Shown here: in pieces, positions 34,534-43,339 of the stretch
Numbering within the stretch: position 1 is the first letter of the stretch
Layout of the letters: each line of letters opens with the position of its first letter
From: Victivallis vadensis
GTDB lineage: Bacteria; Verrucomicrobiota; Kiritimatiellia; UBA8416; CAMCYG01
Length of the DNA: 64,000 nt
Direction of reading: 5' to 3'
Assembly: GCA_945883775.1 (NCBI GenBank)
Contig: CAMCYG010000003.1
Span: 6,054 to 70,053, forward strand
The notes under the pieces: model-generated
What the model was told of the DNA's origin: nothing
Seen by the model: the letters and a program-made list of their open reading frames with translations, nothing else
The model's database searches: none
Translations under genes and position numbers: made by a program

Positions 34534-35982
34534 CTAGACTATATATGTCGTCGAAACCGTATCTCCACCTCTACCCGTCCAATTCGTATGGAAGAACTGA
34601 CCGCGCGGTTTATCAAGCCTCTCATAAGTGTGCGCACCAAAATAGTCACGTTGCGCCTGAAGCAGATTTGCCGGCAGGCGTTCCGACCTGTATCCGTCAA
34701 AATAGCTTAATGCGGATGACATCGAAGGCACGGGAATGCCGTTTAGCATAGCAGCTGATATTACATTCCGCCAGGCAGCCTGTGAACTCACCAGCTTATC
34801 CTTAAAGAACGGATCAAGCATCAGATTCGCAAGAGAACCGTTCTTCTCGAACGCCTCCTTGATCTTGCCGAGGAATACTGATCTTATGATGCAGCCGCCC
34901 CGCCATATAAGCGCAATTCCGCCATAGTTCAAGTTCCATCCGTATTCTTTTGCAGCTGCCATCATCAGCGAATAGCCCTGTGCATAAGACACGATCTTCG
35001 ACGCATACAGGCTCTTACGCAGGTCATCGATGAACTTAGCTTTGTCACCCTTGAACTGAATCACCGGACCACTGATCTGCTTCGAAGCCAGAACCCTTTC
35101 GTCCTTTACAGCCGACAGACATCTCGCAAACACTGACTCGCCGATGAGAGTCAGCGGCACCCCAAGATCCAGTGCCGCTATTCCGGTCCACTTGCCCGTG
35201 CCCTTCTGTCCTGCAGTGTCCAGAATCTTGTCGACCATCGCCTTGCCGTCAGCATCCTTGAAGCCAAGTATATCCCTTGTGATCTCTACAAGATAACTAT
35301 CGAGCTCACCTTTGTTCCATTCTGCAAAGACCTTGTGCATCTCGTCAGCCGACATGCCAAGCAGGTCCTTCATGATATGATAAACCTCACAAATCAACTG
35401 CATATCGCCATATTCAATCCCGTTGTGAACCATCTTCACGAAATGACCGGCACCGTTCTCGCCAATCCATTCACAGCAAGACGAGCCGCCGTCGACTTTT
35501 GCCGCTATCGCCTGAAAGATGGGCTTGACGCTAGGCCATGCAGCGGCTGATCCGCCGGGCATGATCGACGGACCAAGAAGCGCCCCTTCTTCTCCGCCAG
35601 AAACACCTGTACCAATATAAAGCAGGCCTTTCTCCTCGACATACTTTGTGCGCCTGTTGGTATCGGGATAATGAGAATTGCCGCCGTCAATAATGATATC
35701 GCCCTTTTCAAGATGAGGAATGAGCATCTCTATATACTCATCGACCGGCTTGCCAGCCTTGACCATAAGCATTACTTTTCTGGGCTTGTTGAGCGATTTT
35801 ACAAGCTCAGGAATCGTAGCCGCGCCGATAAACTTCTTACCCTTGCCTCTACCATTAACAAATTCAGTCACCTTGGACACTGTACGGTTAAATACTGCCA
35901 CCGTAAACCCCTTGCTCTCCATGTTAAGGACAAGATTCTCGCCCATCACAGCCAACCCGATCAAACCAATATCAGCCTTCAT
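34534..35982 (-). CDS. gnd: 6-phosphogluconate dehydrogenase (decarboxylating)
   Basis: 482 aa; [16 protein letters not shown] Rossmann N-terminus and full-length Gnd-like sequence. GGAGG 8 nt upstream of the ATG. Confidence 0.93.
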   Translation of the reverse strand: MKADIGLIGLAVMGENLVLNMESKGFTVAVFNRTVSKVTEFVNGRGKGKKFIGAATIPELVKSLNKPRKVMLMVKAGKPVDEYIEMLIPHLEKGDIIIDGGNSHYPDTNRRTKYVEEKGLLYIGTGVSGGEEGALLGPSIMPGGSAAAWPSVKPIFQAIAAKVDGGSSCCEWIGENGAGHFVKMVHNGIEYGDMQLICEVYHIMKDLLGMSADEMHKVFAEWNKGELDSYLVEITRDILGFKDADGKAMVDKILDTAGQKGTGKWTGIAALDLGVPLTLIGESVFARCLSAVKDERVLASKQISGPVIQFKGDKAKFIDDLRKSLYASKIVSYAQGYSLMMAAAKEYGWNLNYGGIALIWRGGCIIRSVFLGKIKEAFEKNGSLANLMLDPFFKDKLVSSQAAWRNVISAAMLNGIPVPSMSSALSYFDGYRSERLPANLLQAQRDYFGAHTYERLDKPRGQFFHTNWTGRGGDTVSTTYIV

Positions 35983-35995
35983 TAATTTACCTCCG

Positions 35996-36019
35996 TTAAT
36001 CCGGCGTTCGCCGGATTAA
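35996..36019. repeat. Perfect 11-bp-stem hairpin abutting the gnd Shine-Dalgarno
   Basis: TTAATCCGGCG tt CGCCGGATTAA. No U-tract. Confidence 0.7.
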
Positions 36020-36066
36020 TAATGTTTCTCTGCATTAATTCAACTAACTGTATATCCTCTCACACG

Positions 36067-36133
36067 GTAGGGCGAACCCTCCGGGTGAGCCGGTAATTCC
36101 AATTCTACGGCTCGGCCAGAGGCCTCGCCCTAC
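36067..36133. repeat. Inverted REP-like pair, GTAGGGCGA family
   Basis: GTAGGGCGAACCCTCCGGGTGAGCCGG...ACGGCTCGGCCAGAGGCCTCGCCCTAC; the 9-bp termini are exact inverted repeats. A near-copy sits at 47745-47812. Overlaps the TAG stop of the LarA-like gene. Confidence 0.8.
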
Positions 36134-37401
36134 CTAAATCTACTATTGACCGACCATAATCCCAATGCCGGATTGGAGATGTAGAAGATCTCCTCTCCGT
36201 CCTTCATCACATTAAAGCCATCCTTCAGGCGCGTGACATCATACTTCTGCATCATCTGCCCAAGTTCTGCGTGCTTGAAGTTTATCGCCTCTATATCACT
36301 GCGCGAAATGGTGTCAGTACAATATGTGACAGTAAAGCGCCCTTCCGTTGACCCGTGTATCAAATGTGCTGCGGCGCTGAGATTCTGCTTTAAATCATCA
36401 TTATGTTTTACAAGCTCCTGCACCTTGTCGCTGCCTACATAACCGTATTTCCTTATAAGCTTATTGATCTGGGGATCCTCGCCAAACTCCTTCAAGCCAG
36501 GCGCAAGTATGATCAGCTCACCGGCGTCAGCCAGAGCCATCCTGGTTCGATAGATGGCCTTGTTGCCCAGCCACGTGCTCTTAAACTCTGCGGGATCAAG
36601 GTAGACCACGACTTTTTTCAGCGGCTTTTCCAGCATCTGGAAATTCACCTTGAGCGAAAGGTCCGCCGCCTTTCTGAAACATTCGTCATCATTTCCGATA
36701 TACAGACCCCTGACGACCAGCCGACCGTCTTCGCCTCGCCCGACAACCGTCTGAACATACACTACAGGCATATCAGGCGCTATCTTTGTCGATGCATAAT
36801 TGAGCACTTTCCGTACAGGCGTGTCCACCCTGCCCATTATCCGCTCCATGCCGTAAACGGCTCCAAGATAATGACTTTTGCTGATACCTTCCGCCCCGCC
36901 AACTCCTACGAATATGTTTTTGTTATGGTTTGCCATGCCAATGACTTCGTGCGGCACCACCTGTCCAATTGACAGGATCAAATCTACGTTGTCATTCACC
37001 AGCATCTTATTTACCTGCGCCGGCCACGGATAATCCAGCCGACCTTCAGAGACTTCGCGCACATATTCGCCAGGCACCTGACCGAGCGTAACAAGATCTT
37101 TTCTAAAGTCATGGACACGGAACAGCGAACGGGGAACATCCGGAAACATGCTCGCAATCTCAACGTCCGACATCGCATAATGAGTACCAAGCGCAGGCAT
37201 CACCGCATATGTCTTTTCACGATAATACTCATAGGCATATTTTGTGAGCTCACCGGCACGTGAATGATACCTTGTCTGGTCCGGCGGAAGCAGAAGGACC
37301 TTTCGCCTATCGCCGACAGTTTTCAATGCACAACAGAGACACTCCTTGAGCTCTTGCGAGGAGAGATCTGCCGATTCACTGCCCTTTTCGAAGTACATCA
37401 T
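36130..37401 (-). CDS. LarA-family (nickel-pincer nucleotide dependent) 2-hydroxyacid racemase/epimerase homologue, DUF2088
   Basis: 423 aa with DQTR(41-44), GTH74, PH151, K161 and H177. The spacings match the LarA catalytic His, cofactor Lys and Ni His (see findings). Confidence 0.7.
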   Translation of the reverse strand: MMYFEKGSESADLSSQELKECLCCALKTVGDRRKVLLLPPDQTRYHSRAGELTKYAYEYYREKTYAVMPALGTHYAMSDVEIASMFPDVPRSLFRVHDFRKDLVTLGQVPGEYVREVSEGRLDYPWPAQVNKMLVNDNVDLILSIGQVVPHEVIGMANHNKNIFVGVGGAEGISKSHYLGAVYGMERIMGRVDTPVRKVLNYASTKIAPDMPVVYVQTVVGRGEDGRLVVRGLYIGNDDECFRKAADLSLKVNFQMLEKPLKKVVVYLDPAEFKSTWLGNKAIYRTRMALADAGELIILAPGLKEFGEDPQINKLIRKYGYVGSDKVQELVKHNDDLKQNLSAAAHLIHGSTEGRFTVTYCTDTISRSDIEAINFKHAELGQMMQKYDVTRLKDGFNVMKDGEEIFYISNPALGLWSVNSRFR

Positions 37402-37402
37402 A

Positions 37403-38290
37403 TCAGCACCACGGTGGATTCTCTGGCAGAAAAGTCTTGAATTCTTTAATCAGCGCGGCCTCGTATGCGCCGCTATAAGTACCCGCAAAGAATTTATCCA
37501 GCGCCTCGCCGTGGAACCTCTGCCACGACTCATCCTCTCGACCGGGATTCACCGGGAAGAACAGCACCCCATTCGCTGTTGCAGCACTCAGATCACCAAT
37601 CGCGTCTCCGACCATCAGTATTTTTTTCGCATCATACTTTCCAACAGCACCAAACTTCAAATGCTCGGTCTTTGTGCCATACTCCTGACCTGCAATCAGG
37701 CGAGTAAACTTCTTAATGTCGTGCTCTTCCCACTCCCTGTTGAGTGCGGCGCCAGGCGTCTGCGAAACGACCATAATGTCGGCCGTAGGCTTCATTTTCT
37801 CCAACGACTCCTGCACATAAGGGAAAGGCGGGATCCCAGACACCATATCCTCTATGTCCTCGTTAATCGCCTCCGACCATGCCAGCGTCCTGTAAACAAT
37901 GTCATTTTGGACAACATCTGCATATTTCTCCAAAGTCGGATTCCCGAGCTTCGTTTCCTTTTTCGTCCACTCCACAATCTGCGGGATCTCAATAATCTGG
38001 GCCTTACGAGCCTTGACCTCGCGGCGCTCCCTAAGCAAGTCCAGCACCTTGATCAAAGCAATGAATCTATTACAGCCGCGCGTTGTCGAATAGAGATTTA
38101 CAAAATCCCACGCCTCGCGCGCATACTTTGACACCTTCTGCAAATCAAAATACTTGATAGTATTGGGACAGAAGCACTCCTTGTGCTTGATCTCCATCGT
38201 ATCAAACGCACAGCCGTCAGAATCTATTCCAATGAAAAACTCTTTCGCCGGCTTGATATCCGTCAACTCCTTGTGTGGGTCTTTACTCAT
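37403..38290 (-). CDS. HAD-superfamily hydrolase (probable sugar-phosphate phosphatase)
   Basis: Motif I IDSDGC and motif IV GDAIGD. ATG at 38290 has AGGAGA 7 nt upstream; the longer ORF reaches 38320. Confidence 0.75.
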   Translation of the reverse strand: MSKDPHKELTDIKPAKEFFIGIDSDGCAFDTMEIKHKECFCPNTIKYFDLQKVSKYAREAWDFVNLYSTTRGCNRFIALIKVLDLLRERREVKARKAQIIEIPQIVEWTKKETKLGNPTLEKYADVVQNDIVYRTLAWSEAINEDIEDMVSGIPPFPYVQESLEKMKPTADIMVVSQTPGAALNREWEEHDIKKFTRLIAGQEYGTKTEHLKFGAVGKYDAKKILMVGDAIGDLSAATANGVLFFPVNPGREDESWQRFHGEALDKFFAGTYSGAYEAALIKEFKTFLPENPPWC

Positions 38291-38334
38291 TAATCTTTCT
38301 CCTGATTCGACATTCTTCATTTTGATTGCAAATT

Positions 38335-38389
38335 GCGCTCATAGAGCGCTGCTACATCTTTTCTTAATGTAGCACCCATCTGCGATGGG
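38335..38389. repeat. Inverted pair of GTAG-headed REP-like hairpins
   Basis: GCGCTC-ata-GAGCGC-TGCTACAT cttttctta ATGTAGCA-CCCATC-tgc-GATGGG. Confidence 0.85.
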
Positions 38390-38393
38390 CTCT

Positions 38394-38442
38394 CCTGAAT
38401 TCTGTATTCAGTTCGACTGTCTACTGTTCACCGTCTACCGCC
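38394..38442. repeat. Degenerate heptanucleotide tandem array (7 units)
   Basis: CCTGAAT TCTGTAT TCAGTTC GACTGTC TACTGTT CACCGTC TACCGCC. Runs into the pfk-family stop codon. Confidence 0.6.
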
Positions 38443-39734
38443 TACTTCTTCTTGTACGCTTCAGGCATATATTCCGGCAACTTCTTCTTGGCGAATATCT
38501 CCTTGAACTGCGAAAAACGCTGGCGACCATTGATAATGGGCACCGAAACCCAGTCCTCACCGATCAGCGGCCTGGCGTAGTCCACAAAATCATCCGTCAC
38601 ATCGACCTTGCTCTTCGAAATCCATTCCGCCGGGAAGAAGCGCTCTGACAATGCCACTTTCTCCAACGGCACCTTGCCGTACCTGACATTGTAAATAAAA
38701 CCAGGCTCTCTGAGTATCGTCGCCATCCAGCCATTCCCGTCTTTGACTGCTACTTCCACAGCTTTCTGGCCCACCTTGTAAGCTTCCTCAAGATCAACTG
38801 TTGATGCAAATATAATCGAATGACGCTGGTCCGTCCCCGGCACTTGGCCTCTGGCGCTGCCCTGCGCTTTGATACCCTTCTCATTAAGATAGTTCACGAC
38901 CGCCTGATAAGCAGAGATCTTACTGGCACCGAATTCGACATGACCGAACGAATCACGCACTTCGCCAATGCTTCCGACATCGAAACCCTCACTGACCACA
39001 ACTATACAGCGATGATCCTTCGACAGCTGATCATTCACCTTGTCAAGCATCTCAGGCATGGACAACTTTGACTCCGTCATATAGATCTGAAGCGGCATCG
39101 TCCTGTCCGGATCAGCAAGCCTGGCAGCGGCTGGTATATACCCGATTTTCCTGCCCATCGCCTGAAGTACAAGTACAGGATCCGCCGGGTACGACCCCAT
39201 GTTTTCCTCATTAGCCGCCTGAACCACGTGTGACCAGTATTTTGCCACACTTCCGTAACCGGGTGTGTGGTCAATCAATGTACGTTCGCTGTCGCCAAGG
39301 TCATTGTCGATGGTTTTGGGCACACCTGTCGCAACGACATCAATTCCCTTATCCTTACACAGCTGGCTGACTTTGTAGGCGGTATGCTGCGAGTCGTTAC
39401 CGCCAATATAGAAGAAATAGCCGATATTATGAGCTTTGAACACCTCTGCTATGCGATCGAAATCTTTCAACTGCTTATCTTTGAGCTTGTAGCGGCAAGT
39501 TCCGATACTGCCTGCGGCAGGCGTAGTACGCAAAAGAGATATCTCCTCCCGATCCTGAGACGACAGATCCAGAAGATCTTCTTTTAGAACTCCCTCTATA
39601 CCATGCCAGCCACCATAGACTGTGCCGAATTTATCAGGAAACATCCGACATGCCTCGATAATCCCACGCAACGAATTATTGATTACCGGCGACGGCCCAC
39701 CCGACTGCGCTATCAATACATTCTTCTTCGCCAT
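38442..39734 (-). CDS. Phosphofructokinase-family enzyme, probably PPi-dependent
   Basis: 430 aa with GGNDS and PKTIDNDL motifs. Lys in PKTIDND is the PPi-type signature. Strong AGAGGAGA RBS. Confidence 0.8.
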   Translation of the reverse strand: MAKKNVLIAQSGGPSPVINNSLRGIIEACRMFPDKFGTVYGGWHGIEGVLKEDLLDLSSQDREEISLLRTTPAAGSIGTCRYKLKDKQLKDFDRIAEVFKAHNIGYFFYIGGNDSQHTAYKVSQLCKDKGIDVVATGVPKTIDNDLGDSERTLIDHTPGYGSVAKYWSHVVQAANEENMGSYPADPVLVLQAMGRKIGYIPAAARLADPDRTMPLQIYMTESKLSMPEMLDKVNDQLSKDHRCIVVVSEGFDVGSIGEVRDSFGHVEFGASKISAYQAVVNYLNEKGIKAQGSARGQVPGTDQRHSIIFASTVDLEEAYKVGQKAVEVAVKDGNGWMATILREPGFIYNVRYGKVPLEKVALSERFFPAEWISKSKVDVTDDFVDYARPLIGEDWVSVPIINGRQRFSQFKEIFAKKKLPEYMPEAYKKK

Positions 39735-39769
39735 ACCATCTCCTCTTATGATTAAGTAAATAATATTAT

Positions 39770-39854
39770 CCCACAGATTAACACAGATAAAGAATGATAT
39801 TTCTGTCTTCCGCTCTTGGCGGAATTATCTTATCCATCTGTGTTTATCTGTGGG
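39770..39854. repeat. 85-bp imperfect palindrome with CACAGAT words
   Basis: CCCACAGATTAACACAGAT ... ATCTGTGTTTATCTGTGGG (one mismatch in 19 bp), with central hairpin TCCGC-tcttg-GCGGA. Confidence 0.75.
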
Positions 39855-39886
39855 CAATTTCTTCTTTATTCTTCAACATCAACAAC

Positions 39887-40738
39887 TTAAACACCCGAAT
39901 ACGCGCTGAAACCTCCGTCAACAGGGATAATAACGCCTGTTATGAATTTGGAAAGGTCAGAAGTCAGAAAAAGCGCAGTTCCCACCAGATCAGCCGGCTC
40001 ACCGAATTTACCCATCGGAGTCCCGTTTATGATCTTATTGCCGCGAGGTGTCAGCTGGCCGGTCTTCTCATCAGTCAACAGGAAACGGTTCTGATTAGTC
40101 ACAAAAAAGCCAGGCGCCACAGCGTTGACGCGCACATTGACCTTTGCCATATGCACCGCCAGCCACTGCGTAAAGTTGTTTATCGACGCCTTGGCAGCGG
40201 AATAAGCAGGAATTTTTGTCAAAGGACGGAAAGAATTCATCGAAGATATATTTAGTATTGCACCGCCGGATGCGTTGACCATATCTCTGGAGAAGACCAT
40301 GGTCGGCAGGATCGTCCCCTTAAAATTAAGATCAAATATCTTATCAAACCCTTCCAGCTCCAATCCAAAGAAAGTACCGGCAAGTTCACCAAGATCACCC
40401 TTTTCAATAAACTCTTTAGCCGTAGTTGCTTTTGGCGAATTGCCTCCGGCGCAATTGATCAGAATATCAATCATACCCAGACGACTTTTAATTTCTTCGT
40501 TTGCCTTTCCAAGCGAGACTTTATCAAGAACATTTGCCTGGATCCCGATAACTGCATTCTTCGTCCTGCCTGCGATATCGGCCGCGACTTTGTCGGCTGC
40601 TTCCTTGCTCAGATCGGCAATAGCCACCTTGCAACCTGCCGCCGAATAACCTTCCGCGAGAGTTGCTCCTATAACGCCCGCTCCTCCGGTTATCACACAA
40701 ACCTTACCCTTCATGCCTGAGAAATCATATTTGACCAT
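39887..40738 (-). CDS. SDR oxidoreductase, UxuB/YjmF-type (fructuronate reductase / D-mannonate oxidoreductase-like)
   Basis: 283 aa from ATG at 40738; the longest ORF adds 21 aa. TGGAGVIG, SSMNSFRPLTKIPAYSAAKA and C-terminal VDGGFSAYSGV, typical of this SDR subfamily. Confidence 0.75.
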   Translation of the reverse strand: MVKYDFSGMKGKVCVITGGAGVIGATLAEGYSAAGCKVAIADLSKEAADKVAADIAGRTKNAVIGIQANVLDKVSLGKANEEIKSRLGMIDILINCAGGNSPKATTAKEFIEKGDLGELAGTFFGLELEGFDKIFDLNFKGTILPTMVFSRDMVNASGGAILNISSMNSFRPLTKIPAYSAAKASINNFTQWLAVHMAKVNVRVNAVAPGFFVTNQNRFLLTDEKTGQLTPRGNKIINGTPMGKFGEPADLVGTALFLTSDLSKFITGVIIPVDGGFSAYSGV

Positions 40739-40993
40739 GGTTAATTCCCTCTTCTTTCTTGTAATTAAATTAACCTTAATAACTAGCCAAAAAGAAATCA
40801 ATAAGAAATTATAAATTTAAATATGACTAGGGATGTAAGACAGATTTGTCGGGTTAGGCCTCAATGAGAAATGGATCTAAAGCTGTAACTCATTAGACCG
40901 CAATCACCTCCCCTGCTATACAGAAAAGGCAAAGACCCGAAAGAGAGATCATTCACGAGCTCAAAGCTATCGAATATCACCCACCGACGCTGA

Positions 40994-41983
40994 TCAACCA
41001 AACGCTTCGTCGAATACCCTGTCAGACTTCTTGAAATCAAGAGCCTTGACGAAACGGCAGGCTTCTTCAGCACCGTGCTCACGGTCCATCATCGCATCTT
41101 CCCACTCAACCGACAAGGGCCCAGCGTAGTTGATGACATTAAGCTGACGCATGATCTCCTCGAACTTCACGCCGCCGCGGCCAAGGCTTCTAAAATCCCA
41201 ACCTCTGCCGGGCGTACCGAAGTTCAGGTGCGACGACAGTATCCCGCTCTCGCCATCGAGAGTCACTGCCGCATCCTTCATATGGACATGATATATCCTA
41301 TCCGGAAACGCTTTGATGAACTTGACAGGGTCGACCATCTGCCAGTGCAAATGGCTGGGGTCGAAGTTGAAGCCGAACGTCTTCCTGTCCTTCACTGCTC
41401 TCAGAGCCCGTCTGGCGGTAATGATATCGAAAGCTATCTCGGTAGGATGGACTTCCAGTGCGAATTTTACGCCGCATTTATCGAATTCATCCAGTATCGG
41501 GTTCCACATCTTCGCAAAGAACGCGAAACCGTCCTCGACCATCGTGTCACTGACAGGCGGGAAGCTGTAGAGCATATGCCATATCGATGAGCCGGTAAAA
41601 CCATTGACCACCTTGACCCCGATATTCTTCGCAGCCTTGGCTGTATACTTCATCTCCTGGACCGCCCAGGCGCGCTTCTTCTCTGCATTGCCATGACATG
41701 TCTTTGGTGAAAACAGATCTGATCGGGAATCATTATTAGCATCACAAACAAGCTGTCCTGAAAGATGAGCACTTATCGCGTAGCACTCCAGCTTGTAGTC
41801 AGCCAGAAGCTCTTTCCTGCTCTTTGCGTATTTAAGATCCTTGGCCGCTTTTTCGACTTCGACATGATCACCCCAGCAAGCAAGCTCAAGCCCATCATAG
41901 CCCCACGCCTTTGCCTTTTTTGCAAGGTCTTCAAGTTTCAAATCAGCCCACTGCCCAGTGAATAAAGTTACCGGTCTAGCCAT
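40994..41983 (-). CDS. Xylose-isomerase-like TIM-barrel protein (sugar phosphate isomerase/epimerase family)
   Basis: 329 aa; ...WGYDGLELACWGDH... and HVHMKD metal-site context. AGGAGG RBS. Confidence 0.8.
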   Translation of the reverse strand: MARPVTLFTGQWADLKLEDLAKKAKAWGYDGLELACWGDHVEVEKAAKDLKYAKSRKELLADYKLECYAISAHLSGQLVCDANNDSRSDLFSPKTCHGNAEKKRAWAVQEMKYTAKAAKNIGVKVVNGFTGSSIWHMLYSFPPVSDTMVEDGFAFFAKMWNPILDEFDKCGVKFALEVHPTEIAFDIITARRALRAVKDRKTFGFNFDPSHLHWQMVDPVKFIKAFPDRIYHVHMKDAAVTLDGESGILSSHLNFGTPGRGWDFRSLGRGGVKFEEIMRQLNVINYAGPLSVEWEDAMMDREHGAEEACRFVKALDFKKSDRVFDEAFG

Positions 41984-42044
41984 TGTAGTTCCTCCTCTTA
42001 TCTTTGCTTATCCGCATTCATCGGCCATTAAACATTCTTCTCAT

Positions 42045-42067
42045 CCGCTCATAGAGCGGTGCTACAT
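42045..42067. repeat. GTAG-headed REP-like hairpin
   Basis: CCGCTC-ata-GAGCGG-TGCTACAT. Differs from the 38335 copy only by a compensatory G-C to C-G swap of the outer stem pair. Confidence 0.85.
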
Positions 42068-42158
42068 TCTGAATTCTGGATTCTGACTCCTGAATTCTTC
42101 TCTCCTGCCGCTCTTGATTTATTTCTGGTTTCGTATTTCTAGTTTCAGGTTTCTCTTT
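42068..42158. repeat. Degenerate heptanucleotide tandem array (13 units in one phase)
   Basis: TCTGAAT TCTGGAT TCTGACT CCTGAAT TCTTCTC TCCTGCC GCTCTTG ATTTATT TCTGGTT TCGTATT TCTAGTT TCAGGTT TCTCTTT. Confidence 0.8.
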
Positions 42159-43317
42159 ACATCTTCACCCATTTAGCACCGAGCTTGGCAGATTTCACGA
42201 CCGCCTCGATGAACTGCATTCCTCTTAAGCCCGCCTCGACGCCCGGAAAGTCCAGCGCTAGAGGATCAACTTTGGCCCCCTCAAGCTTTGCAATTATTAC
42301 ATCAGCGAAGTTTGAATAATTGTTTGCAAATGCCTCAAAGAACGCTTCAGGATGACCGAACGGCAGTCTCGAATTGCGCGCGGCGGCTTTGCTCTTCTCG
42401 CCGACGTAAGCATTGCCGCGCTTCCAGATCTGCGTCGGGCCGTTTATTACATTGACGGACAGATAGTTCGGATTTTCCTGATGCCACTCAAGGCTCTTTT
42501 CCATGCCGTACACCCAGATTGCAAGATTGTTCTCCTCACCAATGGAAACCTGACTGGCATGAAGAACACCTCTTGCTCCGTTATCAAAACGAAGCAGGCA
42601 GTTGCCGTCATCCTCAAGCCTGCGACCCTGCACGAAGGTCGTAAGGTCGGCACATATCTCCTTTACCTTCAGCCCTGAGATATATTCCGCAAGGTTCTCC
42701 GCGTGCGTACCTATATCACCCATACAGCCTGCAGCACCGCTCTGCTTAGGATCGGTCCGCCATGAAGCCTGCTGAGAGCCTTCTCGCTCTATGGGCTTGA
42801 TCAGCCAGCCTTGCGGATATTGCACAACGATCTTAATGATCTTGCCCAAGTCGCCCTGCTTAACCATATCGCGCGCAAGCTTCACCATCGGATAACCGGT
42901 ATAGTTGTGCATCAGACCGAACACCTTGCCGGATTTCTTTACGATCTTCTCCAGAGATTTGGCCTCTTTCACGTCCATAGTCATCGGCTTCTCGCACATT
43001 ACATTAAAGCCGGCCTCAAGGAATGCCGCCGCTATGGGATAATGCCAGTTATTAGGAGTAGTGACCGACACGAAATCAACCCTCTCCCCGACAGGCAGTT
43101 TCTTCTCCTCCTGGATCATCGTTTTGTAATCAGAGTAAGTGCGGGCAGGACTAATGCACAGCTCACGACCCATCTGCATACTCTTCTCAGGATTGATATC
43201 AAATGCTCCGGCCACGATATCAATCTTGCCATCCAGCCGCGCAGCCCTGCGGTGAACTTCTCCGATAAACGCACCCGGCCCGCCGCCAACCATTCCCATC
43301 TTGAGTTTTCTTTTCAC
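42157..43317 (-). CDS. Gfo/Idh/MocA-family NAD(P)-dependent oxidoreductase (cytoplasmic)
   Basis: GTG start at 43317, 5 nt after AAGGAGG; the longest ORF to 43410 would overlap the MFS gene. VKRKLKMGMVGGGPGAFIG... and CEKP motif. Confidence 0.8.
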   Translation of the reverse strand: MKRKLKMGMVGGGPGAFIGEVHRRAARLDGKIDIVAGAFDINPEKSMQMGRELCISPARTYSDYKTMIQEEKKLPVGERVDFVSVTTPNNWHYPIAAAFLEAGFNVMCEKPMTMDVKEAKSLEKIVKKSGKVFGLMHNYTGYPMVKLARDMVKQGDLGKIIKIVVQYPQGWLIKPIEREGSQQASWRTDPKQSGAAGCMGDIGTHAENLAEYISGLKVKEICADLTTFVQGRRLEDDGNCLLRFDNGARGVLHASQVSIGEENNLAIWVYGMEKSLEWHQENPNYLSVNVINGPTQIWKRGNAYVGEKSKAAARNSRLPFGHPEAFFEAFANNYSNFADVIIAKLEGAKVDPLALDFPGVEAGLRGMQFIEAVVKSAKLGAKWVKM

Positions 43318-43339
43318 AAATGCCTCCTTGAGATAGTAA

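Noticed and set aside
35996-36019. 11-bp-stem hairpin as an intrinsic terminator of the LarA-like gene
   Set aside because: No U-tract follows on the transcribed strand and the hairpin abuts the gnd Shine-Dalgarno. It is kept as a structured repeat or possible translational element only.
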